64,000 bases of DNA from the NCBI GenBank assembly GCA_963770955.1, contig CAVYRK010000011.1:650745-714744 (forward strand). The letters are read 5' to 3'. The notes under the pieces are model-generated. The model was not told the origin of the DNA. It saw nothing but the letters and a program-made list of their open reading frames with translations, and did no database searches. Shown piece by piece: positions 1 to 9,723 of the stretch. The first letter of the stretch is position 1. Every line of letters begins with the position of its first letter. The stretch comes from an uncultured Actinomycetota bacterium. Its GTDB lineage: Bacteria > Actinomycetota > UBA4738. Position numbers and translations under genes: made by a program.

Positions 1-411
1 AACTTCCAGTCGGGCAACGGCGACGTGGCCATCAGCTACGAGAACCAGATCCTGCTGTCGAAGGCCGCCGGCAAGGACGACACGCTGGTGGTGCCGCCTT
101 CCACGGTCCTGATCCAGAACCCGACCGTGGTCGTGGACAAGAACGCCGAGAAGCACTGCGTCGAGAACGTGGCCAACGCGTTCGTGAGCTACCTGCACAC
201 GCCGGACGCACAGGAGATCTTCCAGACGGTCGGGTACTTCCGTCCGGTGGACCCCACGGCCGCGCAGCAGGGCCTCAAGGATCTGGGGCAGGCGCCGGTG
301 CAGGACCTGTTCACCACGGACGACCTCGGTGGCTGGCCGAAGCTGATCAACGACACGGTGTTCGGCCCCGACGGGGCGTTCACCCAGGCTCAGCAGGCTG
401 CGCAGGGTTAG
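1..411 (+). CDS. Sulfate/thiosulfate ABC transporter substrate-binding protein, C-terminal part (5' end outside window)
   Basis: Frame is open from base 1 (track ORF 25..411). 'ISYENQ...VVVDKNAEKH...AFVSYLHTPDAQEIF' resembles Sbp/CysP C-termini. Directly followed by cysT-cysW-cysA. Confidence 0.85.
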   Translation, partial: NFQSGNGDVAISYENQILLSKAAGKDDTLVVPPSTVLIQNPTVVVDKNAEKHCVENVANAFVSYLHTPDAQEIFQTVGYFRPVDPTAAQQGLKDLGQAPVQDLFTTDDLGGWPKLINDTVFGPDGAFTQAQQAAQG

Positions 412-1296
412 ATGAGCGCTCCGACCATCGATCTGACGAAGGAGGCTCCGCGCCCGGCATCGCCGGGCGCGGAGCGCCCTCGCCGCCGGCCCGCGGGGCT
501 CGTGGGGCGGTACGGCCTTCGCAGCATCGCCCTCCTCTACCTCGGGCTCATGGTCGTGCTGCCGCTGTCGGCGGTGGTGGCGAAGGGCTTCGGTGGCGGG
601 CTCGGGTCCCTGCGGGATGCCTTCTCGCAAATCGGCGCCCGGCAGGCCTTGATCCTCACGATCGAGATGGCCGTCGTGGTCGCCATCATCAACGCCGTCT
701 TCGGCACGATCATCGCCTACGTGCTGACGCGGTACCGGTTCTGGGGCCGTCGGTTCCTCTCCACGATGGTGGACATCCCGTTCGCGATACCGACGCTGGT
801 CACCGGCGTCATGCTCCGCGCGCTGTACGGACCGAACTCGCCGGTGGGCGCGTTCCTGCAGGACCACGGTGTCAAGGTGATCTTCGCGCGTCTCGGCATC
901 CTGGTGGCGCTGCTGTTCGTCACTCTCCCCCTGGTCGTGCGGACCGTGCAGCCGATCATGCAGGAGCTCGACCCGGCCGAGGAGGAGGCGTCGCGGGTGC
1001 TCGGCGGGGGCCGGTGGGTGACGTTCCGACGCGTCATGCTGCCCCACCTGCGGCCGGGGATCGCAGCAGGATCGCTGCTGGCGTTGGCTCGGGCACTGGG
1101 TGAGTTCGGAGCGGTCGTGATCGTGTCGGGCAACATCATCAACAAGACGCTGACGGCGCCGGTCCTGATCTCGCAGCTGATCACCGGCTTCAAGCCCGAG
1201 GCCGCGGCTGCGATCGGCACCGTGCTGTTCGGGCTGGCGTTCGTGCTCGTCCTCATCGTCGAGCGCCTCGTATCCCACCCGGAGCGGACGTCGTGA
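412..1296 (+). CDS. cysT: Sulfate ABC transporter permease CysT
   Basis: 294-aa ORF with multiple TM segments and a MetI-type permease core. Its stop overlaps the next start at 1293. Confidence 0.9.
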   Translation: MSAPTIDLTKEAPRPASPGAERPRRRPAGLVGRYGLRSIALLYLGLMVVLPLSAVVAKGFGGGLGSLRDAFSQIGARQALILTIEMAVVVAIINAVFGTIIAYVLTRYRFWGRRFLSTMVDIPFAIPTLVTGVMLRALYGPNSPVGAFLQDHGVKVIFARLGILVALLFVTLPLVVRTVQPIMQELDPAEEEASRVLGGGRWVTFRRVMLPHLRPGIAAGSLLALARALGEFGAVVIVSGNIINKTLTAPVLISQLITGFKPEAAAAIGTVLFGLAFVLVLIVERLVSHPERTS

Positions 1297-2145
1297 GCGC
1301 CCGCGAGATCCGTCACCCGCGGACCACGGAGGCCACGCGACGACGCCTGGTCCACGGCGGCCTGACCGGCATCACGGTGCTCTACATCGGTCTGCTGATC
1401 CTGGCGCCGCTCGTCGGGATCGCCGTCGCCGCACTGAAGCCGGGACTGAGCGGATGGACCGACCTGCTGTCGCAGCCCGACGTGCGCCACGCCTTCTTCC
1501 TGACCGGCGTCATCACGGCCGAGACCGTGGTCGTGACCTCCGTCTTCGGCGTGGTCGTCGCGATGGTCCTGGCCCGGGACCGGTTCCCGGGGCGCCGGCT
1601 GGTGAGCGCGATCGTGGACCTGCCGCTGGCGGTTTCGCCGGTGGTCGTCGGCCTCGCCGCCGTCCTGCTGTTCGGGACCGGCGGCTGGTTCGAGCCGTGG
1701 TTCAGCGCCCGTGGCATCCAGATCCTCTTCGCGGTGCCCTCGATGGTGCTGGTGACGATCTTCATCTCGATTCCGTTCGTGATCCGCGAGGTGGCGCCGC
1801 TGCTGACGGAGCTGGGGACGGAGGAAGAGGAGGCGGCGCGGACGCTCGGGGCTTCCTGGTTCCAGACCTTCTTCCGGGTCACGCTGCCGAACATCCGGTG
1901 GGGCCTGCTGTACGGGATCGCGCTGACCACGGCGCGCGCGGTCGGCGAGATCGGCGCGGTGCTCATCGTCAGCGGCTCGATCGCCGGTCAGACCGAGACC
2001 GCGACGCTGTATCGTCCTGCGGGCCTTCGACGAGGGGCAGGACCCCTCGGGCTACATGGTTTCGCTGACCCTCGCGCTGGTCTCGATCGTGCTGCTGGCC
2101 GGCATCGAGATCTTCAAGGCACGGCAAGAAAGGGAGCTCACATGA
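1293..2145 (+). pseudogene. cysW: Sulfate ABC transporter permease CysW, frame broken near 2010
   Basis: The permease reads in the ORF 1293.. frame up to '...QTETATLY'. The conserved tail '[44 protein letters not shown]' continues in another frame and ends at TGA 2143-2145, overlapping the cysA ATG (ATGA). Confidence 0.85.
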
Positions 2146-3225
2146 GTGGCGGCATCGTCATCGAGAACCTGACCAAGCGCTTCGGCTGCTTCACCGCCGT
2201 CGACGACGTGAGGTTCGAGGCGCGCGACGGCGCCATCACGGCGCTGCTGGGTCCGAGCGGCTCGGGCAAGAGCACGGTGCTGCGGATGATCGCCGGGCTC
2301 GAGCAGCCCGACGGTGGCCGCATCTGGGTGGACGGCGAGGAGCACACGAACAAGACACCGCAGGAGCGGCGGGTCGGGTTCGTGTTCCAGCACTACGCGC
2401 TGTTCCGCCACATGACGGTGCGGGAGAACGTCGCCTTCGGGCTCCGGGTGCGGCAGGGCGCCGAAGGCCGATCAGCGAACGCGGGTGGACGAGCTGCTGG
2501 AGCTCGTCGGGCTGGCGCCGTTCGCCGAACGCCACCCCGATCAGCTCTCCGGCGGGCAGCGCCAGCGGGTCGCGCTGGCCCGCGCGCTGGCGCCCCGCCC
2601 GAAGGTCCTGCTGCTGGACGAGCCGTTCGGCGCGCTGGACGCCCGCGTCCGGCAGGACCTGCGGCGCTGGCTGGACGACCTGCACCGCGAGCTGGGCGTG
2701 ACGAGCCTGCTGGTGACCCACGACCAGGAGGAGGCGCTGGAGCTGGCCCAGACGGTCGTCGTCATGCGGCAGGGGAGCGTCGAGCAGATCGGCGGGTCGG
2801 AGGACATCTACAACCGGCCGGCGACGCCGTTCGTCGCGGGTTTCGTCGGCGCGTCGAACGTGGTGAACGGCACGGTGTTCGAGGGCCACGTCCACTTCGG
2901 CAGCTCGGCGGTCGCCGGCGCCGACCACCTGGGCGACGGCCGGGCGGCGCAGGCCTACATTCGGCCGCACGACGTGCAGGTCACCCGTCTCCCGGGTCCG
3001 ATGTCGTTCCCGGTGCACGTCGAGCGCCGGACGAACATGGGCTGGGTGTCGAAGCTGGTCCTGCGGCTGGAGGACGGCCAGACGCTGGTCGCCGAGATCC
3101 CGAACGAGGAGCTCGACGGCATCCACGCCGGCGAGGCCGCGAGTGCGAACCTCCGAAACGCCAAGGTGTTCGCGCTCGACGGTGCATCGCCGCCGGCGCC
3201 GGAGTCGAGCCTGGTGCCGGCGTGA
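2142..3225 (+). pseudogene. cysA: Sulfate ABC transporter ATP-binding protein CysA, frame broken near 2458
   Basis: Walker A 'GPSGSGKST' lies in the first frame. After 'FGLRVRQ' the protein continues in ORF 2485..3225 with '[15 protein letters not shown]', '[11 protein letters not shown]' and 'VTHD'. Confidence 0.85.
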
Positions 3226-3260
3226 GCGTGGCGCCGGCCGCCGAGCGTCGCGACCTGCCG

Positions 3261-3680
3261 ATGCGCATCTCCGCTCGAACGGACTACGCGCTGCGAGCCG
3301 CGCTGGAGCTGGCCGCCGCCCCGGAGGGCTCGCTGGTCAAGGCGGAGGACATCGCCCACGCTCACGGCATTTCGCTCCGGTTCCTGCTCAACATCCTGAT
3401 CGAGCTGCGCCACGCCGGGATCGTGGACAGCCAGCGGGGCTCGGTGGGCGGCTACCGGCTCGCCCGGCCGGCGGACACGATCACGCTGGCCGAGGTGGTC
3501 CGGGCCCTGAGCTCGACCGAGAGGCACGGGGGACGGGGGAGTGCCAGGCGCCCGCCGTACGCCGGAGCGGCGGCCGGGCTGGAGGACCTGTGGGGTGTCG
3601 CCTACTCGTCGCTGGAGACGCTGCTCGAGACGGTGACCCTGGCCGACGTGGTGACCGGAGGGGCGTCCACCAGGGCGTGA
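3261..3680 (+). CDS. Rrf2 family transcriptional regulator
   Basis: '[18 protein letters not shown]...[34 protein letters not shown]' is a typical Rrf2 winged-helix N-terminus. It forms the tail of the composite 795-aa track ORF. Confidence 0.85.
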   Translation: MRISARTDYALRAALELAAAPEGSLVKAEDIAHAHGISLRFLLNILIELRHAGIVDSQRGSVGGYRLARPADTITLAEVVRALSSTERHGGRGSARRPPYAGAAAGLEDLWGVAYSSLETLLETVTLADVVTGGASTRA

Positions 3681-3729
3681 GGGCTCAAGCTCAAGTACCC
3701 CCGTGGGTCCTTTCGATACAACAAGAGGA

Positions 3730-3852
3730 ATGGAGGAGCCCGAGGTCTGTGAAGGTTGCGGTCGCGCGCTCGATTCGGTCGTGGTGATGGTCCACACGGC
3801 CGATGGCTGGCGCGTGTTCCACGCCGAGTGCATCGGGGTCCACGCCGCCTGA
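3730..3852 (+). CDS. Possible 40-aa zinc-ribbon-like small protein
   Basis: My own translation gives MEEPEVCEGCGRALDSVVVMVHTADGWRVFHAECIGVHAA (CxxC...HxxC). AAGAGGA sits directly upstream, with very short spacing. Too short to appear in the ORF track. Confidence 0.3.
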   Translation: MEEPEVCEGCGRALDSVVVMVHTADGWRVFHAECIGVHAA

Positions 3853-3878
3853 CCGGCCGCTCCTCGAAAAGGGTCGAT

Positions 3879-4439
3879 TCAGTCTATCCGTTCGTAGCCG
3901 ACCACCGAGCCTCTGGTCCGTTCCTCGCGAGTTCCCTTCAGCGCGATGCGGAAGTCGTCGCCGCGTGGCACCGCGCCGGCTTCCAGCCGGGCCACGATGG
4001 CCCGTAGGGCCTTGTCACGACGTCGGTTGAATTGCAGTGTGCTTTCGCGATGGGTCACCGGTCCGGTGGCGTTGCCCCACCGGAAGTGAAGGAACCGATG
4101 TGCGGGTACCCACTCCACACGCACGTGCGGGGCGTGGTCGAGGCGGAGTAACGGGCGTTCGTCGTGTCGTCGTCCCAATGCCCACCGTGAGATCTCGTCC
4201 CATCTGATCGCATCTCGGGTCTCGTCGCGAATCGGGCCCGTCCGGTACAGGTAGTCCGAGAAGATGATCCGCCGGTCCGTGACCAGCACGTGGCTTCCGG
4301 CTGCGACCACCCTTTCGTCGCTCTCGACATCGGAGTGCAGGGACCGGACCCGGCCCTCGTTCCGTCGCTTGAGGCGCTCGATCGCTTCGTATCGAGCGCG
4401 CCGCTTCCGCTTCCGCGTCCACGGCCCCTCGAGCGACAT
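3879..4439 (-). CDS. Hypothetical protein (basic N-terminus, possible bacterial PH-like domain)
   Basis: C-terminal 186 codons of track ORF 3879..5069, starting at 'MSLEGPW'. 'HVLVTDRRIIFSD' resembles bacterial PH-domain proteins. Confidence 0.55.
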   Translation of the reverse strand: MSLEGPWTRKRKRRARYEAIERLKRRNEGRVRSLHSDVESDERVVAAGSHVLVTDRRIIFSDYLYRTGPIRDETRDAIRWDEISRWALGRRHDERPLLRLDHAPHVRVEWVPAHRFLHFRWGNATGPVTHRESTLQFNRRRDKALRAIVARLEAGAVPRGDDFRIALKGTREERTRGSVVGYERID

Positions 4440-4462
4440 TCGCGGAGTCCTGAGGGCTCGCC

Positions 4463-5101
4463 CTACGTCCGGGTCATCGACGCGAGCCAGGCGTGCGCCC
4501 CCTCGGGAGCGAACGTGACGGTCATGGTGGTGCGCTTCAGGAAATCGATCTTCCAGCCATCCGCGAAGCTCTCGCGCAGCTCGTGCTCGGTGATGCGACG
4601 GGGTCCGAACTCGCCCGGCTGCAGATCGCTGAAGCACAGCAGGAACAGGCGCGCGCCGGGCTCGGTAACCGCCTTCAGGCTCTCCACGTACCGCGCGCGG
4701 TCCCCGTCGTCGAAGACATGGAACACGCCGGAGTCGATGACGGTGTCGAACGTCTCGTCGAGGGACCCGAGGTCCAAGGCGTCGTGGACCAAGAAGCGAG
4801 CGGTGAGGCCGCGCTCGCGCGCCTTCCGCTCGGCCATCGCGACGGCGGTCGGAGCGGCGTCGACACCGGTGGCGTCGAGCCCGAGCGCTGCCGCCATGAG
4901 CGTGTGCTCGCCCGTTCCGCAGCCCGAATCGAGGATGCGTCCGTGAAGCTTCCCCGCATCGGCGAAACCCTGCATGGCCGGCTGGGGGCGGCCGATGTCC
5001 CACGGCGGCGTGCCCTCCGCGTACAACGTGTCGAACTCGGCCGTCGTTCGCCGCCGGCCGGCGATCCACGGCTCGGGGCGATCAACCGATTCGTCGCTCA
5101 C
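4463..5101 (-). CDS. Class I SAM-dependent methyltransferase
   Basis: SAM motif I 'ILDSGCGTGEHT' followed by 'VIDSGVFHVF'. The GTG start at 5101 overlaps the upstream stop (GTGA). Confidence 0.8.
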   Translation of the reverse strand: MSDESVDRPEPWIAGRRRTTAEFDTLYAEGTPPWDIGRPQPAMQGFADAGKLHGRILDSGCGTGEHTLMAAALGLDATGVDAAPTAVAMAERKARERGLTARFLVHDALDLGSLDETFDTVIDSGVFHVFDDGDRARYVESLKAVTEPGARLFLLCFSDLQPGEFGPRRITEHELRESFADGWKIDFLKRTTMTVTFAPEGAHAWLASMTRT

Positions 5102-5463
5102 GCCGCGGAGTGTATCGGTTGCTCCTTCTGGGCCCGTGACCGGGCCTTCACGATCGACCGGACGACCAGCAGCGCCACGACGCCGACGATCTGACCCCCA
5201 AGGGCGATCCGGTTCACGTCGATGGCGGGCTGCCACGTCAGCTTCTCCCCACGAATCAGGAACGCGCCGACCGGCCGCCCGGTGACGCCGAATCCTCCAC
5301 CGGACCCCTTCCCCTCTTCTTCGGGCGCGACTCCGCCTCCCGCTCCGCCCTGCACCTTCGCGGCCGGGATCACGGTGATGCCGTTCTTCTCGTACGGCTC
5401 CCCGAAGACCCGCTTGACGGAGATCTCTTCACCCGCCCGGGCGATGACGTCCTGAACGTTCAT
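5098..5463 (-). CDS. GerW/YtfJ family protein
   Basis: 121 aa. 'VFGEPYEKNGITVIPAAKV...GGGFGVTGRPVGAFLI' matches the GerW/YtfJ pattern. Confidence 0.7.
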   Translation of the reverse strand: MNVQDVIARAGEEISVKRVFGEPYEKNGITVIPAAKVQGGAGGGVAPEEEGKGSGGGFGVTGRPVGAFLIRGEKLTWQPAIDVNRIALGGQIVGVVALLVVRSIVKARSRAQKEQPIHSAA

Positions 5464-5605
5464 GGTGCCCTCCTTCCACGGCCCTACCCTGGACCGTCTT
5501 GGCCTTGTCTCCCATCTGCGAGCGTACGCAGGCCGCCTCTGTCCGCCTCCGCCGTTGGACCCCGGATGCTCGGGTCCTCAGGCGAGTGTCGTTCGACCTT
5601 TGGAG

Positions 5606-5635
5606 GCGGGGCCGGCCGTCTCCGGGCGGCCCCGC
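5606..5635 (-). terminator. GC-rich hairpin downstream of the small ORF 5649..5768
   Basis: GCGGGGCCG / CGGCCCCGC, a 9-bp stem with a 12-nt loop. No clear U-tract. Confidence 0.35.
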
Positions 5636-5648
5636 TCAGGCCTTTGGT

Positions 5649-5768
5649 TCAGGGCAGCCAGTCCCAGAGGTTCGCCATCGACCAGAAGCCCGCAGCGAAA
5701 CAGGCCAGCGCGAAGGCCACCCACCAGCGCATGTCCGAGTAGTCCGCGGGTTCCGGATCTCGTGGCAT
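5649..5768 (-). CDS. Possible 39-aa membrane peptide
   Basis: My own translation gives MPRDPEPADYSDMRWWVAFALACFAAGFWSMANLWDWLP, with one hydrophobic helix. A hairpin follows just downstream. Confidence 0.3.
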   Translation of the reverse strand: MPRDPEPADYSDMRWWVAFALACFAAGFWSMANLWDWLP

Positions 5769-5871
5769 GACTCGATCAAAGTACGGCCGGACGGTGTCCG
5801 TCAGGTGTCCACGCCTACTCGCGCCCCCCGAGTGAGCGCGGCCCCGGCAGAGTGCCTAGGATGGTCACGTT

Positions 5872-7065
5872 GTGCGGCAGGAACACCGGTACCGTTGGCG
5901 GCGACGCATCGCCGGAACGGGGGTCTTGGTGGCGGTCGCTGCCATTGCCGCCACGAGCATCGCGTTCGCCGTCGATAGGGACCACTCCGATTCCGATCAC
6001 CCCTCGGCGTCCGCATCCGGGCGCGCGCCTCCGACGCCGTCGGCGGCGCCGTCCCCGGTGCCCTCCCCGAAGCCAACTCGTTTGAACGTCTACGCCGCGG
6101 ACACGAAACCGAATGGGTTCGCGCCGGCGGTCGCCGGCGATCCCGAGCGCGTCTACGTCCCGAACACGCTCGACGGGACCATCAGCGTCATCGACCCGAA
6201 CACGTTCAAGGTCGTCCGCACCATGTACGTGGGGGGGCAGCCACACCACATCACGCCCGCCTGGAACCTTCGCCGCCTGTACGTGGACAACCCGGCCCTC
6301 GACCGCCTGAGCGTCATCGATCCGCGAACCACGAAGATCACCGGCTCCATTCCGGTCGCGAGCCCGTACAACCTCTACTTCACGCCGGACGGCACCAAGG
6401 CGATCGTGGTCGCCGAGTACGACAACCTCATCGAGTTCCGGAACCCGCACACCTGGAAGGTCATCAAGCGCATCCACATCCCGTTCCGGGGCGTGGACCA
6501 CATGGACTTCTCCGCGAACGGCCGGTACCTGCTGGTGAGCTGCGAGTACACGGGCGTGGTGTTCCGGATCAGCACGGAGCGGATGAAGATCACCGGCGCG
6601 ATCCATGTGGGGGGTCTTCCGATCGACGTGAAGGTGTCGCCGGACGGAAAGGTGTTCTACGTCGCGAACCAGGCCCTCAGCGGCGTGTCGGTGATCGACC
6701 CGGTGCGCATGCGCCAGATCACGTTCATCAAGACCGGGGTGGGCGCCCACGGGTTCGCCGTGTCACGGGACGCGAAGAGGCTCTACGTCAGCAACCGGAT
6801 CGCCGGATCGATCTCGGTCATCTCTTTCCGCACCCGGCGGGTGGTGGCGACGTGGCACATCGGCGGCTCGCCGGACATGCTCCAGGTCTCCCCGACCGGG
6901 AAGCAGCTCTGGACCTCGAACCGCTTCGGGGACACCGTCACCGTCGTCTCGACTCGAACCGGGCGGGTGATCCACAGGATCACCGTCGGGCACGGGCCGC
7001 ACGGACTGTGCTTCTTCCCGGAGCCAGGCCGCCACAGCATCGGCCACAACGGCGTGTACCGGTAG
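5872..7065 (+). CDS. Secreted YVTN-type beta-propeller repeat protein
   Basis: 397 aa with a signal-like N-terminus. Repeated 'DG..LYV.N...G.vSVID' blades. Confidence 0.85.
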   Translation: MRQEHRYRWRRRIAGTGVLVAVAAIAATSIAFAVDRDHSDSDHPSASASGRAPPTPSAAPSPVPSPKPTRLNVYAADTKPNGFAPAVAGDPERVYVPNTLDGTISVIDPNTFKVVRTMYVGGQPHHITPAWNLRRLYVDNPALDRLSVIDPRTTKITGSIPVASPYNLYFTPDGTKAIVVAEYDNLIEFRNPHTWKVIKRIHIPFRGVDHMDFSANGRYLLVSCEYTGVVFRISTERMKITGAIHVGGLPIDVKVSPDGKVFYVANQALSGVSVIDPVRMRQITFIKTGVGAHGFAVSRDAKRLYVSNRIAGSISVISFRTRRVVATWHIGGSPDMLQVSPTGKQLWTSNRFGDTVTVVSTRTGRVIHRITVGHGPHGLCFFPEPGRHSIGHNGVYR

Positions 7066-7135
7066 CCGGCCCGCCCGGAATTGGTAACGCGTGATACTAT
7101 TCACGCCGTAACGCTGGCTACGGAAGCGGCCCCTA

Positions 7136-7666
7136 ATGGAGTGGACGGTCGTCACCTACAAGCTCCCCGCTGAGCCCTCGCGGCATCGCGTGGCGGTGTG
7201 GCGCGAGTTGCGGAAGGTCGGGGCGGTAGCGTTGCAGCAGGGGACCTGGGCCTTACCGGCTCGCCGCGACTTCGCCGAGTCCATGTCCCGGGTCGTCGAC
7301 CTGGTGGACGCGGCCGGCGGCGAGGCGTTCGTGTTCGAGGCCGGGCCCAGGGACGAGGCGACGGCCGCTCGGCTCGAGGAGGCATTCAACGCCGACCGGG
7401 AGGAGGAGTGGACCGAGTTCCTCGCTGAGTGCGACAAGTTCGATCGGGAGATCGACAAGGAGATCCGGACGCGGAAGTTCACTCCCGCCGAGCTGGACGA
7501 GGAGGACCAGAACCTTGAGCGGTTACAGCGCTGGTTCCGGGACCTTCGGCGCCGGGACGTGTTCGGAGCGGCCTCGCAGCAGCGTGCGGAATGGCGCCTC
7601 AAGGAGTGCGAAGTCCGACTGGAGGACTTCGCGAATCGCGTGTACTCGCATGGAGGTGAGCTATGA
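7136..7666 (+). CDS. ChrB N-terminal-domain-like protein
   Basis: 'YKLPAEPSRHRVAVWRELRKVGAVALQQGTWALP' is the ChrB N-domain signature as I recall it. No chrA is nearby. Confidence 0.65.
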   Translation: MEWTVVTYKLPAEPSRHRVAVWRELRKVGAVALQQGTWALPARRDFAESMSRVVDLVDAAGGEAFVFEAGPRDEATAARLEEAFNADREEEWTEFLAECDKFDREIDKEIRTRKFTPAELDEEDQNLERLQRWFRDLRRRDVFGAASQQRAEWRLKECEVRLEDFANRVYSHGGEL

Positions 7667-7890
7667 AGGCGAAGACGCAGACGCAGGTACTGCCCGCCGC
7701 GCCGGACACCTCGGCCGGTGTGTCCCTCGGCGAACGACTGCGCGTTGTCGCGGCGCAGCGAGCGGAGGAGATCCTGGCCGAGATCGCGCCGACCCTTCGT
7801 CATGTGCGGATGTTCATCCTAATGTTGACGATCAGCATTCCGCTGTTCATGGCCGGGCTCGTCGCGGTCCTGTGGCACCTGGCGCACTAG
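7663..7890 (+). CDS. Small membrane protein, hypothetical
   Basis: 75-aa ORF that overlaps the upstream stop (ATGA). C-terminal TM segment 'MFILMLTISIPLFMAGLVAVLW'. Confidence 0.45.
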   Translation: MKAKTQTQVLPAAPDTSAGVSLGERLRVVAAQRAEEILAEIAPTLRHVRMFILMLTISIPLFMAGLVAVLWHLAH

Positions 7891-7930
7891 AGGACACCGT
7901 GCCGGCGGCCGGAGGGACAGGGGGAGGGCC

Positions 7931-8326
7931 GTGCGTGCGTGGTTGATCGCCCTGGCGGTGGCCGTCGCGGTGTACGTCGTGGCCATCGCCGCCCTGTATC
8001 TCGCGGGCCGGCGGACGGCCGCCAGGGAGTTGGCGACGCTGATCCCGAACCTGCTCGTGCTGTTCAAGGGGCTGGTGACGGACGGGCGCGTCCCTCGCGG
8101 CTCCAAGGTGCTCCTACTGCTGGGTGCCGTGTGGCTCGCGTCCCCGATCGATCTGATTCCCGAGTTCGTGCCGGTGCTCGGGCCGCTCGATGACGCGGTC
8201 GTGGCCGCGCTGATCCTGCGCCATGTCCTTCGGACCGCCGGCCCGGAAGTGATCGTCGAGCACTGGCGCGGCGACGCGTCCACGCTCGCTCGGATCATCC
8301 GGCTCTCGGGACGTCCGAAGGAATGA
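7931..8326 (+). CDS. DUF1232 (YkvA-like) membrane protein
   Basis: 'ASPIDLIPEFVPVLGPLDDAVV' is the DUF1232 hallmark. Confidence 0.75.
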   Translation: MRAWLIALAVAVAVYVVAIAALYLAGRRTAARELATLIPNLLVLFKGLVTDGRVPRGSKVLLLLGAVWLASPIDLIPEFVPVLGPLDDAVVAALILRHVLRTAGPEVIVEHWRGDASTLARIIRLSGRPKE

Positions 8327-8329
8327 GTG

Positions 8330-8361
8330 AGGCAGGCGGTCCGGGGAGGAACCGCCTGCCT
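8330..8361. terminator. Hairpin between convergent genes (possible bidirectional terminator)
   Basis: AGGCAGGCGG / CCGCCTGCCT, a 10-bp stem with a 12-nt loop, between stop 8326 (+) and stop 8383 (-). Confidence 0.55.
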
Positions 8362-8382
8362 ACTCTGAGCGACGTGCGCTTC

Positions 8383-8895
8383 TTACCAGGTGGCTGCGTT
8401 CGCGTTCGCGCGGGCGTACGTTCCCGTGCAGTTCGCGGCGGTCGCCGTGGACCCGTACTTGGTGCCGGCCGGGTCGGTGCCGCCGAGGTTGGCCACGTCT
8501 CGCAGGAAGTAGCAGGTACCCGAGTTGGCCATGGCGGCCAGCCCGATCTCCTGGTTGGTGGTGGCGCCGTTCGTGCCGATCTCGAAGCTGACGATGGTCG
8601 GACCTGTGGAGGCCGCGGCCTGGTACGTCAGGGAGGGCTCGATCGAGTTCAGGTTGGCGACGGAGACGTTGTCGTAGCTGTCGACGTCGGTGTAGGACGT
8701 CTTGGCCGCGACGAGGGCGTTGCGGACGCTGGACTGCGCGGCACGCGCCTCCGCCCGCTGACGAGCGCCCAGGAAGGTCGGAAGGGCGATGGCGATCAGG
8801 ATGCCGATGATGAGCACGACCACCATCAGCTCGATGAGCGTGAAGCCCTCTTCCCCCTGCGGCACGGAGCGCCTGAGCCTCTGAAGCATTGTCAC
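8383..8895 (-). CDS. Type IV pilin-like protein (prepilin N-terminal cleavage/methylation domain)
   Basis: Class III signal 'MLQRLRRSVPQGEEG|FTLIELMVVVLIIGILIAIALP'. Confidence 0.85.
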   Translation of the reverse strand: MTMLQRLRRSVPQGEEGFTLIELMVVVLIIGILIAIALPTFLGARQRAEARAAQSSVRNALVAAKTSYTDVDSYDNVSVANLNSIEPSLTYQAAASTGPTIVSFEIGTNGATTNQEIGLAAMANSGTCYFLRDVANLGGTDPAGTKYGSTATAANCTGTYARANANAATW

Positions 8896-9015
8896 CTCTC
8901 TTTGGCTACCCCCCCTGATCCATTGGTTCTACTTATGAATGGATCGGCCGGAACCCACCGGAATCTTGAGGCCGAGGAACCCGCAGATATCCTCGAGGCG
9001 CCGCGGGGCGGGATG

Positions 9016-9696
9016 TCAGGACATCGTGTGCAGGCTCAAGACCGTCGTGATCGCCGACGCGAGCAGGGCCAGCCCGATCACCGCGAGGAGCCCGGCGGCG
9101 ATCTTCAGCTGGTTCGCGACCGCCGTGTCCCTGAGGCCGCGGAGCCTGTCCCGAATCGAGGTGCTTGCGCTGTAGAGCACGGCCGGGACGATGACTCCCA
9201 GCGTCGCGACCAGCCCGAACGTGATGGACGCCACCCAGGCCGTCGTGCCCGACACGTGCATGTCCTTCAAGTGAATCGCGGCCGGCGGAACAAGCCCGTA
9301 GGTCGGGAGGAACAACCCGAGGGCGAACGACGCGACGGGCCTGATCCGTTCCATTCGCGCCAGCCACTTCGGCTGACTGGTCTCGCCGTGGGCGGCTCGC
9401 TGCTTCCGCCAGACGACCACCGCTGCCACGATCGCCGCCAGGCCGAGGACGGCCGACGCGGCGGAGTTCGTCCCGGACGCCGCTTTGGGAGGCGACGGGC
9501 TGGTCACCGCATAGGTGACGACGAAGATCCCGAAGACGGCGGCGAACCACCCCGCGGCGAAGGCCCAGGCGTTGGCGAGAGGCCTCGCGGTGGTGAGCAG
9601 GGTGAGGGCGGCCAGGTAGCTCGCGGGACTCGCCGCGATGAGAAGAGCAGTGGGAAGGATCTGGGCGGGCCACCCACTCGTCGCGATCACCGGCAC
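9016..9696 (-). CDS. Polytopic membrane protein (GAP/Sap-like family, tentative)
   Basis: 226 aa, about six hydrophobic segments. The family assignment is from memory only. Confidence 0.55.
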   Translation of the reverse strand: MPVIATSGWPAQILPTALLIAASPASYLAALTLLTTARPLANAWAFAAGWFAAVFGIFVVTYAVTSPSPPKAASGTNSAASAVLGLAAIVAAVVVWRKQRAAHGETSQPKWLARMERIRPVASFALGLFLPTYGLVPPAAIHLKDMHVSGTTAWVASITFGLVATLGVIVPAVLYSASTSIRDRLRGLRDTAVANQLKIAAGLLAVIGLALLASAITTVLSLHTMS

Positions 9697-9723
9697 GATT
9701 GAGGACCAGCTCTGGGCAGGGCG

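Noticed and set aside
1293-3680. A single 795-aa ORF in the track spanning cysW, cysA and the Rrf2 regulator
   Set aside because: It is a composite. Three recognisable proteins (plus out-of-frame segments) happen to share or fall into one open frame in high-GC DNA. The motifs show separate genes with ATGA coupling and frame breaks.
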